Assembly: GCA_937863835.1 (NCBI GenBank)
Contig: CALMHT010000180.1
Location: 5,395-69,394, forward strand
DNA length: 64,000 nucleotides
Source of the DNA: an uncultured Prevotella sp.
GTDB lineage: Bacteria; Bacteroidota; Bacteroidia; Bacteroidales; Bacteroidaceae
Reading direction: 5' to 3'
Below, piece by piece: positions 1 to 9,008 of the stretch. The stretch's first letter is position 1; each line of letters opens with the position of its first letter. The position numbers and the translations under genes were made by a program. The notes under the pieces were generated by a model. That model ran no database searches and was not told the DNA's origin. It saw only the letters and a list, made by a program, of their open reading frames with translations.

Positions 1-405
1 GTCGGCATAATTCATCTCGCTTTTCATATCTTTTATTTCATTGGTCGACCTGCGCAAGAGTACATTGATGCGCGCATTCAGTTCTCTAAAATCAAAAGGT
101 TTCACCATGTAGTCATCTGCCCCCGCATCAAAACCGTCCAGTTTGTCATCTGTCGTGCCGAGAGCTGTAAGCATCAGAATGGGCATAGACTGGTTAGCCT
201 CCCTTATCTTTTTGCATAGTTCGAAACCGTTCATCTTGGGGAGTATGACATCTGATATCACCAAGTCGAACGGGGAAGCGGAAAACAGTCTGAGTCCCAT
301 TTCACCATCGTATGCTAATGTGACCCTGTAACCACTCTCCTCCAGACCGCACTTTAGCAGTGAAGCCACTCTTTCTTCATCTTCTATGACTAATATGCTG
401 AACAT
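1..405 (-). CDS. OmpR/PhoB-family two-component response regulator (5' part only; runs off the window start)
   Basis: Manual translation from ATG at 405: MFSILVIEDEERVASLLKCGLEESGY...DLVISDVILPKMNGFELC...PILMLTALGTTDDKLDGFDAGADDYMVKPFDFRELNARINVLLRR. This is a receiver domain with the ED pair, phospho-Asp (DVILP), T and KPF motifs. It is absent from the ORF track because it is truncated. Confidence 0.93.
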   Translation of the reverse strand, partial: MFSILVIEDEERVASLLKCGLEESGYRVTLAYDGEMGLRLFSASPFDLVISDVILPKMNGFELCKKIREANQSMPILMLTALGTTDDKLDGFDAGADDYMVKPFDFRELNARINVLLRRSTNEIKDMKSEMNYAD

Positions 406-447
406 CTATTGTCTGTCTTTTGATTTATCAATCTAAATATTTGGCGA

Positions 448-455
448 CAAAGATA
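448..455 (-). promoter_or_regulatory. Bacteroidetes primary-sigma -7 element (TATCTTTG) for the response regulator
   Basis: CAAAGATA on + strand = TATCTTTG on - strand, about 43 nt upstream of the ATG; matches the TAnnTTTG consensus. Confidence 0.65.
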
Positions 456-587
456 ATGCATGTGGAGCGTAATACAAAATAAAATTCGTTTTTTTTCTCT
501 TATGTCGACGTACAGAATCGTACCGCAAAAAACGATGAAAAACGAACGTTATTTTCTTCTTTTGCTCTAATTCTAAATTATTTTTCA

Positions 588-595
588 TAAATTTG
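588..595 (+). promoter_or_regulatory. -7 promoter element (TAAATTTG) for the HAD-GH44 unit
   Basis: TAAATTTGC 30 nt upstream of the ATG at 625. Confidence 0.65.
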
Positions 596-624
596 CAAGC
601 CTAACCGACATTATATTCAACTAT

Positions 625-1437
625 ATGAAATACAAGATGATAGTGCTGGACCTCGACGGTACGCTGACCAATGACAAGAAGGAGATAACACCTAAGACTA
701 AGAATGCGCTGATGAAAGCTCAGGAAAAGGGTGTCAGGATTGTGCTGGCATCCGGTAGACCTACTTACGGTATTACTGCGCTAGCCGAGGAACTGGAACT
801 GGCCACACACGGTGGCTATATCCTTGCTTTCAACGGAGGTAAGGTGACCGACTGCGAGAACGGACAGGTGATGTTCGAACAGATACTGGACGAGTCTCTT
901 GTTCCTGAACTCTACAATTCTGCCATCGAGGCCGGAATGGAAATTCTTACTTATCAGGGAAATCGTATCGCTGCATCTGAAACGGAAAACAAATATGTGA
1001 AACATGAGGCTTTCATTAATAAAATGCCCCTTGTGAAATATGACGATTTCCTGAATCAGGTGGTTTATCCCATCAACAAATGTCTGATAGTGGGCGACCC
1101 GGCTCCTCTGCATCAACTGGAACTGAAACTGCTGGGACAGTTGGACGGTAAGATGGAACTTTATCGCTCTGCGGGCTTCTTTCTGGAATGTGTGCCACTG
1201 GGTATCGACAAGGCCCGTTCTCTAGACCGACTGATCAAGACAGTCGGCATCGGCAAAGAGGAGGTGATAGCGTGCGGTGACGGATACAACGACCAAAGTA
1301 TGATAGATTATGCCGGACTGGGCGTGGCAATGGCTAATGCTCCACTGAAGATACAAGATACCGCCGACTATATTACGTATTCTAACGAAGAGGACGGGGT
1401 AGCGCATGTGGTGGATAAATTTATACTTAATAATTAG
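625..1437 (+). CDS. Cof-type HAD-IIB family hydrolase (sugar phosphatase-like)
   Basis: Motif I DLDGTL, motif II ASGR, motif III K (GIDKA), motif IV GDGYND...GVAMANA. Confidence 0.93.
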   Translation: MKYKMIVLDLDGTLTNDKKEITPKTKNALMKAQEKGVRIVLASGRPTYGITALAEELELATHGGYILAFNGGKVTDCENGQVMFEQILDESLVPELYNSAIEAGMEILTYQGNRIAASETENKYVKHEAFINKMPLVKYDDFLNQVVYPINKCLIVGDPAPLHQLELKLLGQLDGKMELYRSAGFFLECVPLGIDKARSLDRLIKTVGIGKEEVIACGDGYNDQSMIDYAGLGVAMANAPLKIQDTADYITYSNEEDGVAHVVDKFILNN

Positions 1438-1446
1438 GATGAAACA

Positions 1447-3243
1447 ATGAAACACCTTTACTATCTTAAATCTATTTTACTGCTTCTGGCGATGCTCGGT
1501 GTATATGCGAGCAGCAGTGCTCAAAATGCGGTCATCACGGTCGATGCATCTCAAGGTAAAAAGAAAATATCACCGCTCATATATGGTAAAAATGAAAGTC
1601 TGGACAAGACGGCACAGTTTTACAAAGATGCAGGTCTGCGTTTTGCGCGTATCGGTGGCGGTAATAACATGTCGGCATACAACTGGAAAAAGAAGATGAC
1701 TGTGCATCCTGACTGGTATAATAATGTATATGATGAAGACTGGGACAAATATGCTCAGATCGTAAACAATGACTTTACGGATTTGCAGGCTATGTTTGCA
1801 TTCCAGTTGCTCGGAAGGGTAGCTAACAGTAAAGATCACAACTTCAATGATTGGGGTTATAATCGTTCGGCTTGGTGGTGGGGCGTTAATGAAAACCTCG
1901 CCGGTGGAGGAACGGTTAATCCCGATAATGTGGAGGGCGTAAAGGCACTGAAAGACGGCGACATCACTTTGTTCTCCAAAGAATGGCCGGCAGATTCTGC
2001 GCTGGCTATTCTGAATCATTGGTTCGACAAAGACGGACTGGCGCTGGATAAGAGTAAATTCATGTATTGGGATATGGACAATGAACCTGAGATATGGTGC
2101 GGTACACACGACTGGGCTATGCCGACGCAGATTGCTGCTTCTGCTTTTATGGACAGATTCTTTGAATATGCCAAGAAGGCAAAAGCAATCTTTCCTGATA
2201 TTAAAATATGCGGACCGGTAGCGGCTAATGAGTGGCAATGGTACAAATATGCCAGTGAGGACATCCGTGTGGACGGCAAATACTACTGTTGGCTGGAATA
2301 CTTTATCAAGCGATGCGCCGAAGAGGAAAAATCATCAGGTATCAGAGTCCTCGATGAGGTGGATATACATAGTTATCCCGACATCAAGAACGGTGATGCG
2401 GAAGCATTACAACTGCATCGGTTGTATTATGATACAAGTTATGAACATCCCTGTTCAAATGGTTTGCATACGATTAACGGCGGATATGATACCAGTCTGA
2501 ATAAAGAATATATCTTCAAACGTATCAGTGACTGGATAGATAAATATTATGGTGCTAACAGTGGTATTGATATCGGATTGGGTGAATGGACACCAAATAC
2601 TACAGCAACCAATTCGAGTGCTACGGCTGTGGTCTATGCGTCACATCTGGGAACATTTGCCAATCATGGTGTAAACACATTCACTTCCTGGTCGTGGCAG
2701 ACGGGTATGTGGGAAACGCTTCATCTCTTCAGCCGCTATGCAAAGGATTATAGTATATCCAGTACATCGTCGATAGAGAATACCGTCTCCGCTTATAGTA
2801 GCATAAACAATGCAGCCGACTCGATGACCGTGATTATTGTCAATCGTGATATGAGTGCTGCGCGTAATGTGACGGTGAATCTCAATAATTTCGGAGTAGG
2901 AAATGGTAATTACACTACTTTGCAACTTGCGTCGCTTCCTTCGACAGAAACATTTGTATCGCATACCAATAATGCACTGAAAACGAGTACAGTGACTGTA
3001 ACCTCTAATTCCTTTACTTTAACAGTACCTTCACTGTCAGTGACAGCCGTTATATTAAAATCAGCGACAACAGATATCAGTGCAGCGAGTATGATGGATA
3101 ATCAGGAATCGGTGGTGGCTGTATATAATCAGTCCGGACAGAAAGTATCGACTGATATGTCTACGCTCGGGAATGGTGTTTATATGATTTTATTTAACAA
3201 CGGTAAGGGCTTATCCTGTAAGAAAGTGATGATACAGAAGTAA
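1447..3243 (+). CDS. Secreted glycoside hydrolase, GH44-like (endoglucanase/xyloglucanase), with T9SS type-A C-terminal sorting domain
   Basis: Signal peptide (MKHLYYLKSILLLLAMLGVYASSSA). GH44-like motifs ISPLIYG.N, RIGGGNNMSAYNW and MDNEPEIWCGTH (acid/base Glu), with LGEW as candidate nucleophile. C-terminus VYNQSGQKV...LGNGVYMI...KKVMIQK is a typical T9SS CTD. Confidence 0.8.
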   Translation: MKHLYYLKSILLLLAMLGVYASSSAQNAVITVDASQGKKKISPLIYGKNESLDKTAQFYKDAGLRFARIGGGNNMSAYNWKKKMTVHPDWYNNVYDEDWDKYAQIVNNDFTDLQAMFAFQLLGRVANSKDHNFNDWGYNRSAWWWGVNENLAGGGTVNPDNVEGVKALKDGDITLFSKEWPADSALAILNHWFDKDGLALDKSKFMYWDMDNEPEIWCGTHDWAMPTQIAASAFMDRFFEYAKKAKAIFPDIKICGPVAANEWQWYKYASEDIRVDGKYYCWLEYFIKRCAEEEKSSGIRVLDEVDIHSYPDIKNGDAEALQLHRLYYDTSYEHPCSNGLHTINGGYDTSLNKEYIFKRISDWIDKYYGANSGIDIGLGEWTPNTTATNSSATAVVYASHLGTFANHGVNTFTSWSWQTGMWETLHLFSRYAKDYSISSTSSIENTVSAYSSINNAADSMTVIIVNRDMSAARNVTVNLNNFGVGNGNYTTLQLASLPSTETFVSHTNNALKTSTVTVTSNSFTLTVPSLSVTAVILKSATTDISAASMMDNQESVVAVYNQSGQKVSTDMSTLGNGVYMILFNNGKGLSCKKVMIQK

Positions 3244-3357
3244 ACAGAGCATCATATTTGTACATTAAAAGATATGTTTCAACAATTAATTTGTTAAAAT
3301 AGTACGTGAAATAGAACATTTTTATGTATAAAAGTGATATATATTGATATTTTTTCA

Positions 3358-3365
3358 TATATTTG
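3358..3365 (+). promoter_or_regulatory. -7 promoter element (TATATTTG) for the metallophosphoesterase
   Basis: TATATTTGC 38 nt upstream of the ATG at 3403. Confidence 0.6.
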
Positions 3366-3402
3366 CGAAAATAAATGAAATTATTAATATAATATTACGA
3401 TT

Positions 3403-4734
3403 ATGAAAAGATGTATTTTGAAGAACAAAACATTCAAGACACTATTGCTATTATGTTCTGCGTTGTTTTTGTGTACACCCATTCTGAGTTGTTCTCACGA
3501 TGAATCGGTTGGTTCCGACCCGGAGTCGGCAAAACCGTTATGGAATGCAGGAAATGAACGCAATAAGATTGTGACAGTAAGTGATCTCCATCTGGGAATA
3601 GATGACGATTTTGCCGAAACAGTGAAAAACCGTACACTCTTTGTGGATTTTCTGAAACGCTTGCATAATACGACGGATGTGCGGGAACTGGTCATCATCG
3701 GTGATTTTCTTGATGCATGGTATTTGCCTGTTTATTATCCTAGTTACACTGACGAAAATAAATTTTATAAAGGTGTGGTGGCTAATAATAAGGATGTGTT
3801 TGAAGAACTCAATCATGTAGTAAAAAGTGGTATCAAACTGGTCTATGTGCCCGGTAATCACGATTTGACGTTGGAAGAGGGTATACTGAAAGAGGCTGTT
3901 CCGGGTATCGTACAGGTTAGTGACGCACAGGGATTAGGTACTTATTACACTGGCAACCGAAAAGAAATAGCTATTGAGCACAGTCATCGCTATGATGTGT
4001 TTTCTGCCCCGGACCACGTTTCCAATAAAGAGTTGTGTGGCAACGACAACACGATTCTGCCAGCCGGATACTTTTATGCACGGTATGCAGCTACATGGGT
4101 GGAAGAGGGATATCCGTCGGTAAAGAAGGCTTATCCTGTGGTGGCTCCCGTCCCCGATTCAACTGATATAGACCAGTATGGTGCTTATAAATACTATGCG
4201 CTTATAGCGACAGTTTCACAGCGTTTCACGCCCAAAGAGGATTTGAACGAAAAGATATTCAAGATGCATATTGCGGGATTTGACCATGATTACACTTATC
4301 TGGATTTCTATCCTCAGAAGCAATCGGATGGTACCATTTCAGGTCTGCTGTATAAGAATATCCAACGGACATGGGCTACACGGCAGACACAGAATCATGT
4401 CATGGTAGCTAATGAATTCATACCTGCCGTATTGGGAACGCTCGATTGGAAATACTATTATAATCAGGCTAAGGTGCAGTACCTGGAGAATAATAAGGAA
4501 AATGTGGACATCGTCGTATTCGGTCATACGCATGTGCCTAAATATTGTATTACCAAAACAGGAAAATATTATATCAATGACGGTACATGGGTGGACAACA
4601 ACTCGGATGATCCAGGAGTGACGGGCACATTCGTCGTAATCACCGCGGGTGATAAAGACGCTATCAGTCTCTATCAATATGAGGAGAACGGTGCGTTAAA
4701 GGATATCGGTTCATCTATCATCTACAAGGAATAA
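3403..4734 (+). CDS. Lipoprotein metallophosphoesterase (calcineurin-like superfamily, LpxH-like motif set)
   Basis: Motifs SDLHLG, GDFLD, PGNHD, EHSH and FGHTH; lipobox ILSC near residue 30 followed by acidic residues. Confidence 0.82.
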   Translation: MKRCILKNKTFKTLLLLCSALFLCTPILSCSHDESVGSDPESAKPLWNAGNERNKIVTVSDLHLGIDDDFAETVKNRTLFVDFLKRLHNTTDVRELVIIGDFLDAWYLPVYYPSYTDENKFYKGVVANNKDVFEELNHVVKSGIKLVYVPGNHDLTLEEGILKEAVPGIVQVSDAQGLGTYYTGNRKEIAIEHSHRYDVFSAPDHVSNKELCGNDNTILPAGYFYARYAATWVEEGYPSVKKAYPVVAPVPDSTDIDQYGAYKYYALIATVSQRFTPKEDLNEKIFKMHIAGFDHDYTYLDFYPQKQSDGTISGLLYKNIQRTWATRQTQNHVMVANEFIPAVLGTLDWKYYYNQAKVQYLENNKENVDIVVFGHTHVPKYCITKTGKYYINDGTWVDNNSDDPGVTGTFVVITAGDKDAISLYQYEENGALKDIGSSIIYKE

Positions 4735-4764
4735 GATAAACGTAGATATATAATTATACAAAAA

Positions 4765-4799
4765 AATAAAGGCGAACTCTCAACAAGTCCGCCTTTATT
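4765..4799 (-). terminator. Intrinsic terminator after rpiB (probably bidirectional)
   Basis: AATAAAGGCG-N15-CGCCTTTATT inverted repeat with extra inner pairing, flanked by an A-run (U-tract on - strand), between convergent genes. Confidence 0.8.
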
Positions 4800-4808
4800 A
4801 TGTTTGTA

Positions 4809-5252
4809 TTATTTCTGAACAGGAATCTTATCTATCCTTCTTTGATGACGTCCGCCTTCAAAGTCGGTAGAAAAATATTCGTCCATGATCTTTTCAGCCA
4901 TAGCATTATCTATAAAACGTCCTGGCATAACGAGTACATTGGCATTGTTGTGCTGACGGATAAGATGAGCTATCTCCGGAATCCAACATAATCCGGCACG
5001 GATAGACTGATGCTTGTTGAGCGTCATACTGATTCCTTCACCACTACCGCATATCGCAATACCGGGATATACTTCGCCGGATTCTATTCCTTCTGCCAGC
5101 GCATGACCGAAGTCGGAATAATCGCAACTGTCGGTGGTGTAAGTGCCGTAATCCTTGTATTCATAGCCATGGGCCTCGCAGTACTGTTTGACATACTGTT
5201 TCAGTTCAAATCCTGCGTGGTCGCTGGCTAATCCTATCGTCTTGATTTCCAT
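4809..5252 (-). CDS. rpiB: Ribose-5-phosphate isomerase B
   Basis: ASDHAG, ICGSGEG, HNNANVL and GGRHQRRI motifs. Confidence 0.96.
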   Translation of the reverse strand: MEIKTIGLASDHAGFELKQYVKQYCEAHGYEYKDYGTYTTDSCDYSDFGHALAEGIESGEVYPGIAICGSGEGISMTLNKHQSIRAGLCWIPEIAHLIRQHNNANVLVMPGRFIDNAMAEKIMDEYFSTDFEGGRHQRRIDKIPVQK

Positions 5253-5253
5253 A

Positions 5254-7272
5254 TTATTCAGCTAGTAGGTCTTTTACCTGCTTGTAAACGTTCTCGGCTG
5301 TGTAACCGAGTTTCTCATCAAGCACTTTGTAAGGTGCAGAGAAACCGAAACTCTCCATGCCGAATACTTTACCGTTGGCTCCTACCAGTCCTTCGAGTGT
5401 TACAGGAAGACCTGCTGTCATACCGAATATCTTGCTTCCTTTCGGCAGGATGCTCTGCTGATATTCTTTGCTCTGACTGCGGAACAGTCCTTCACTCGGT
5501 ACACTGACGATGCGAACCTTGATACCATCCTTGCGGAGCAGTTCTGTACCGGCTACCAGTGTGGCAACTTCTGAACCGTCGGCGAGAAGAATAACGTCAA
5601 ATTTCTCATCGCTGCCTGCTACGATATAAGCTCCCTTGGCTGCCTGCTCGTAATCTGTACCGGCAGGTAGTTTGGTGATGTTCTGACGAGAGAAGATAAG
5701 AGCCGTAGGAGTTTCTGTGTTCTCCATGGCCAGTTTCCAGCATACAGTAGTTTCATCGGCATCTGCCGGGCGGAATACGCGAACGCTGTCTTTGCCTGCA
5801 TGGTTCTTCAGTTTCTCCATCAGACGAATCTGTGCTTCCTGTTCTACCGGTTCGTGGGTTGGTCCGTCTTCACCTACGCGGAATGCGTCGTGTGTCCAGA
5901 TAAACTTGATAGGAACCTGCATCAGGGCTGCCATACGTACGGCTGGTTTCATATAGTCGGAGAATACGAAGAATGTACCACATGCCGGAATGACACCTCC
6001 GTGGAGATACATACCGATACACATACATGCCATCGTCAACTCGCTGACACCTGCCTGGAAGAATGCTCCTGAATAGTCGTCCTTTACAAGAGACTTGGTA
6101 TATTTCAGGAATCCGTCTGTCTTATCACTGTTGGAAAGGTCGGCTGATGCGCAAACCATATTTGGAACCTGCTGTGCAAGTGCACCCAGACATGCTGCTG
6201 ATGCTGCACGTGTAGCAGAGTTTTCTTTCTGTGCCACAACACTCCAGTCTACCTTTGGCGCTTTACCTGAGAACCACTCTTTCAGCTGAGCTGCTTTCTC
6301 GGGATTGGCTTTGGCCCAGGCTGCTTCTACAGCATGACGTTCGGCAACAATCTTTTCGAGTTCTTTTTCGCGGTTGGCATATAATGCTTTTACCTCGTCG
6401 AAGATCTTGAATGGATCTGTTGGGTCGCCGCCCAGATTCTTGATGGTGTTCTGGTATGCTTCGCCTCCCAGAGGTGCACCGTGTGTCTTGATACTGTGCT
6501 CGTAACTGCTTCCGTCTTCTTTCAGAGCGCCTTTTCCCATGACTGTCTTACCGATGATGAGGGTAGGGCGTTCTTTCTCTCCTTGTGCTTTCTTCAAAGC
6601 CTCGCGAATCTGATCTGGATCGTTACCGTTGATTTTCATCACGTTCCATCCCCATGCCTTATATTTGGCCTCTGTGTCTTCGTTCATGACGACACCGCAC
6701 TCTGTAGAGAGCTGGATATCGTTGGAATCGTAGAACATGATGAGGTTGTTCAATCCCAGTGTGCCTGCCAGACGACCTGTACCCTGAGAGATTTCCTCTT
6801 CTATACCACCATCTGATATGTATGCGTAAATCTTATGCTGCATTACTTCCTTGCCAAGACGTGCCTGAAGGAATTTTTCTGCTACGGCTGCACCGGCAGC
6901 AAATGTATGTCCTTGTCCTAAAGGACCGGATGTGTTCTCTATACCACGTGTGAGGTCGCGTTCAGGGTGTCCCGGAGTAGGTGAGCCCCACTGGCGCAAC
7001 TGCTGCAGTTCGTCGAGTGTGAATTTTCCTGCAAGACACAGTACTGAATAAAGCATTGGTGACATGTGACCCGGATCGAGATAGAAACGGTCGCGGCCTT
7101 CCCATTCAGGATTCTTGGGATCGTATACCAAAAATTCAGAGAAAAGTACGTTTACGAAATCTGCTCCACCCATAGCACCACCTGGGTGTCCTGATTTAGC
7201 TTTTTCTACCATCGAAGCAGCTAGAATACGGATGTTGTCCGCTGCTTGGTTCATTAATTTCTTGTCATTCAT
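5254..7272 (-). CDS. tkt: Transketolase
   Basis: KSGHPGG, TPGHPE, GPLGQG, SDGG...E TPP-binding motif and GEDGPTHEPVE. Confidence 0.97.
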   Translation of the reverse strand: MNDKKLMNQAADNIRILAASMVEKAKSGHPGGAMGGADFVNVLFSEFLVYDPKNPEWEGRDRFYLDPGHMSPMLYSVLCLAGKFTLDELQQLRQWGSPTPGHPERDLTRGIENTSGPLGQGHTFAAGAAVAEKFLQARLGKEVMQHKIYAYISDGGIEEEISQGTGRLAGTLGLNNLIMFYDSNDIQLSTECGVVMNEDTEAKYKAWGWNVMKINGNDPDQIREALKKAQGEKERPTLIIGKTVMGKGALKEDGSSYEHSIKTHGAPLGGEAYQNTIKNLGGDPTDPFKIFDEVKALYANREKELEKIVAERHAVEAAWAKANPEKAAQLKEWFSGKAPKVDWSVVAQKENSATRAASAACLGALAQQVPNMVCASADLSNSDKTDGFLKYTKSLVKDDYSGAFFQAGVSELTMACMCIGMYLHGGVIPACGTFFVFSDYMKPAVRMAALMQVPIKFIWTHDAFRVGEDGPTHEPVEQEAQIRLMEKLKNHAGKDSVRVFRPADADETTVCWKLAMENTETPTALIFSRQNITKLPAGTDYEQAAKGAYIVAGSDEKFDVILLADGSEVATLVAGTELLRKDGIKVRIVSVPSEGLFRSQSKEYQQSILPKGSKIFGMTAGLPVTLEGLVGANGKVFGMESFGFSAPYKVLDEKLGYTAENVYKQVKDLLAE

Positions 7273-7309
7273 TGTTCTTATAATTATTTGATTTAAACAT
7301 TTCTCTTTG

Positions 7310-7317
7310 CAAAGTTA
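7310..7317 (-). promoter_or_regulatory. Internal -7 element (TAACTTTG) for tkt-rpiB, abutting the GH51 stop codon
   Basis: CAAAGTTA on + strand, 38 nt upstream of the tkt ATG. Confidence 0.6.
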
Positions 7318-8862
7318 CTACTTTAATTCCAATACAACAACTGATTTAGCGGGGATTTTGACTTTAAGTCCGCTTTTTGAAACCTTTGCACCATTAAATA
7401 TTACTGGTTTGACAGTTTCTGGGGTAGTGAAATCATTATAGTCTTTGATATCCTTGCATGTCAGGATTCGGCCACTTACTGTTTTGGCTGTGGCGCCGTC
7501 TATATTGAATGATATCTCCTGTGCTTTGTCAAGACTGACATTGACCAGTGATACGACTATGGTGTTGGAATTCTTTTCACGTGCTGCCGATGCGCTGATC
7601 ATCGGTATCATCCGATTGTCGCGTACCTGCATACTGTCGCACTTGAGGTCCATCGGCAGGAATGTGGCATCCTGGAATTTCTTGTACATCTCAAATACAT
7701 GATAGGTAGGGGTGAGTACGATACCTTTATCGTTGGTGAGTATCATCGATTGCAAGACGTTGACTACCTGAGCGATGTTGGCCATGCGTATGCGGTCGGT
7801 ATGACGGTGGAACACATTCAGTGTCAAGGCTGCCACCATTGCGTCGCGCATGGAGTTCTGCTGGTAGAGGTGCCCCTTGATTGTTCCGGGTTCTTCATCC
7901 CACCATGTTCCCCATTCGTCAACGAGGAGACCGATCTGTTTCTTCGGGTCTTTCTCGTCCATGATGGTAGAGTGCTTCTTGATGACGTCTTCGATCTCAA
8001 GGCATTTGCCCATGGTCCAATAATAGTCGTCGCCGTCAAACTTGGTTGCGGAACCTTTGCTGCCGTTCCATCCCGTAACGGTGTAGTAATGCAGTGACAA
8101 ACCGTTCATGCGGTGACCTACATTATTCATCAGTGTCTTGGTCCAGTTGTAATCGTAATCGCTGGCTCCGCTGGCAATCTTATACAGTTGGTTGCCATCG
8201 TAATTTCTGCAATATGTGGAGTATCTGCGGTACAGGTCGCCGTAATATTCAGGGCGCATGCTTCCGCCGCATCCCCAACTTTCGTTACCTACACCCAGAA
8301 ACTTTACTTTCCATGCTTTGTCGCGTCCGTTCTGGCGACGCAGTTTTGCCATCGGCGTGTTACCGTCGCTGGTCATGTATTCAACCCATTTGGCCAGTTC
8401 TTCTACTGTTCCGCTACCTACATTACCACTGATATATGGTTCACAGCCCAGCATCTCGCATAGGTTGAGAAATTCGTGCGTACCGAAACTGTTATCTTCG
8501 ATTGTTCCGCCCCAGTTGTTGTTCTGCATCGTAGGACGTTTGTCTTTTGGTCCTATACCGTCTGTCCAGTGGTATTCATCGGCGAAGCATCCGCCCGGCC
8601 ATCTTAAAACTGGTACCTGAAGGTTCTTCAAAGCTTCGAAGACATCTTTACGGTAACCGTTGATGTTCGGAATCTTTGAATTTTCGCCCACCCATAGACC
8701 ACCGTAGATACATGAACCCAGATGCTCTGCAAACTGACCATAAATTTCTTTGTAAATTACTTGTTTTCCCTGATTGGCATGTATTGTACCTGTCGTATTT
8801 TCTGCCATCGTTGTTGTGGCAAGAGCAACAGCAAATGCCAAAGTAGTGAACAGTCTTTTCAT
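7318..8862 (-). CDS. abfA: Alpha-L-arabinofuranosidase, GH51, with signal peptide
   Basis: YGQFAEHLG, LRWPGGCFAD, GNESWGCGG (acid/base Glu), DEWGTW (nucleophile), MANIAQVVNVLQ; N-terminal signal peptide. Confidence 0.95.
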   Translation of the reverse strand: MKRLFTTLAFAVALATTTMAENTTGTIHANQGKQVIYKEIYGQFAEHLGSCIYGGLWVGENSKIPNINGYRKDVFEALKNLQVPVLRWPGGCFADEYHWTDGIGPKDKRPTMQNNNWGGTIEDNSFGTHEFLNLCEMLGCEPYISGNVGSGTVEELAKWVEYMTSDGNTPMAKLRRQNGRDKAWKVKFLGVGNESWGCGGSMRPEYYGDLYRRYSTYCRNYDGNQLYKIASGASDYDYNWTKTLMNNVGHRMNGLSLHYYTVTGWNGSKGSATKFDGDDYYWTMGKCLEIEDVIKKHSTIMDEKDPKKQIGLLVDEWGTWWDEEPGTIKGHLYQQNSMRDAMVAALTLNVFHRHTDRIRMANIAQVVNVLQSMILTNDKGIVLTPTYHVFEMYKKFQDATFLPMDLKCDSMQVRDNRMIPMISASAAREKNSNTIVVSLVNVSLDKAQEISFNIDGATAKTVSGRILTCKDIKDYNDFTTPETVKPVIFNGAKVSKSGLKVKIPAKSVVVLELK

Positions 8863-8952
8863 TCGTCTATATATTTATTGATAATACGTATAAAGAGGGC
8901 CTTTCCCCTCATTCTTATTGAAAATAATAAAATAAAAGGATTGTTATTGATG

Positions 8953-8993
8953 AAAGAAGCGGGTCTGTTATAGGAGTAATAGGCCCGCTTCTT
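8953..8993 (-). terminator. Hairpin between araB and GH51 (terminator, attenuator or stabilising stem)
   Basis: AAGAAGCGGGTCT-N14-AGGCCCGCTTCTT inverted repeat with a weak U-tract. Confidence 0.6.
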
Positions 8994-9008
8994 GAAGAGT
9001 GTGTTAAT

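Noticed and set aside
8722-8973. 83-aa plus-strand ORF over the araB-GH51 spacer
   Set aside because: It is antisense to the GH51 start, low-complexity, and has no promoter.
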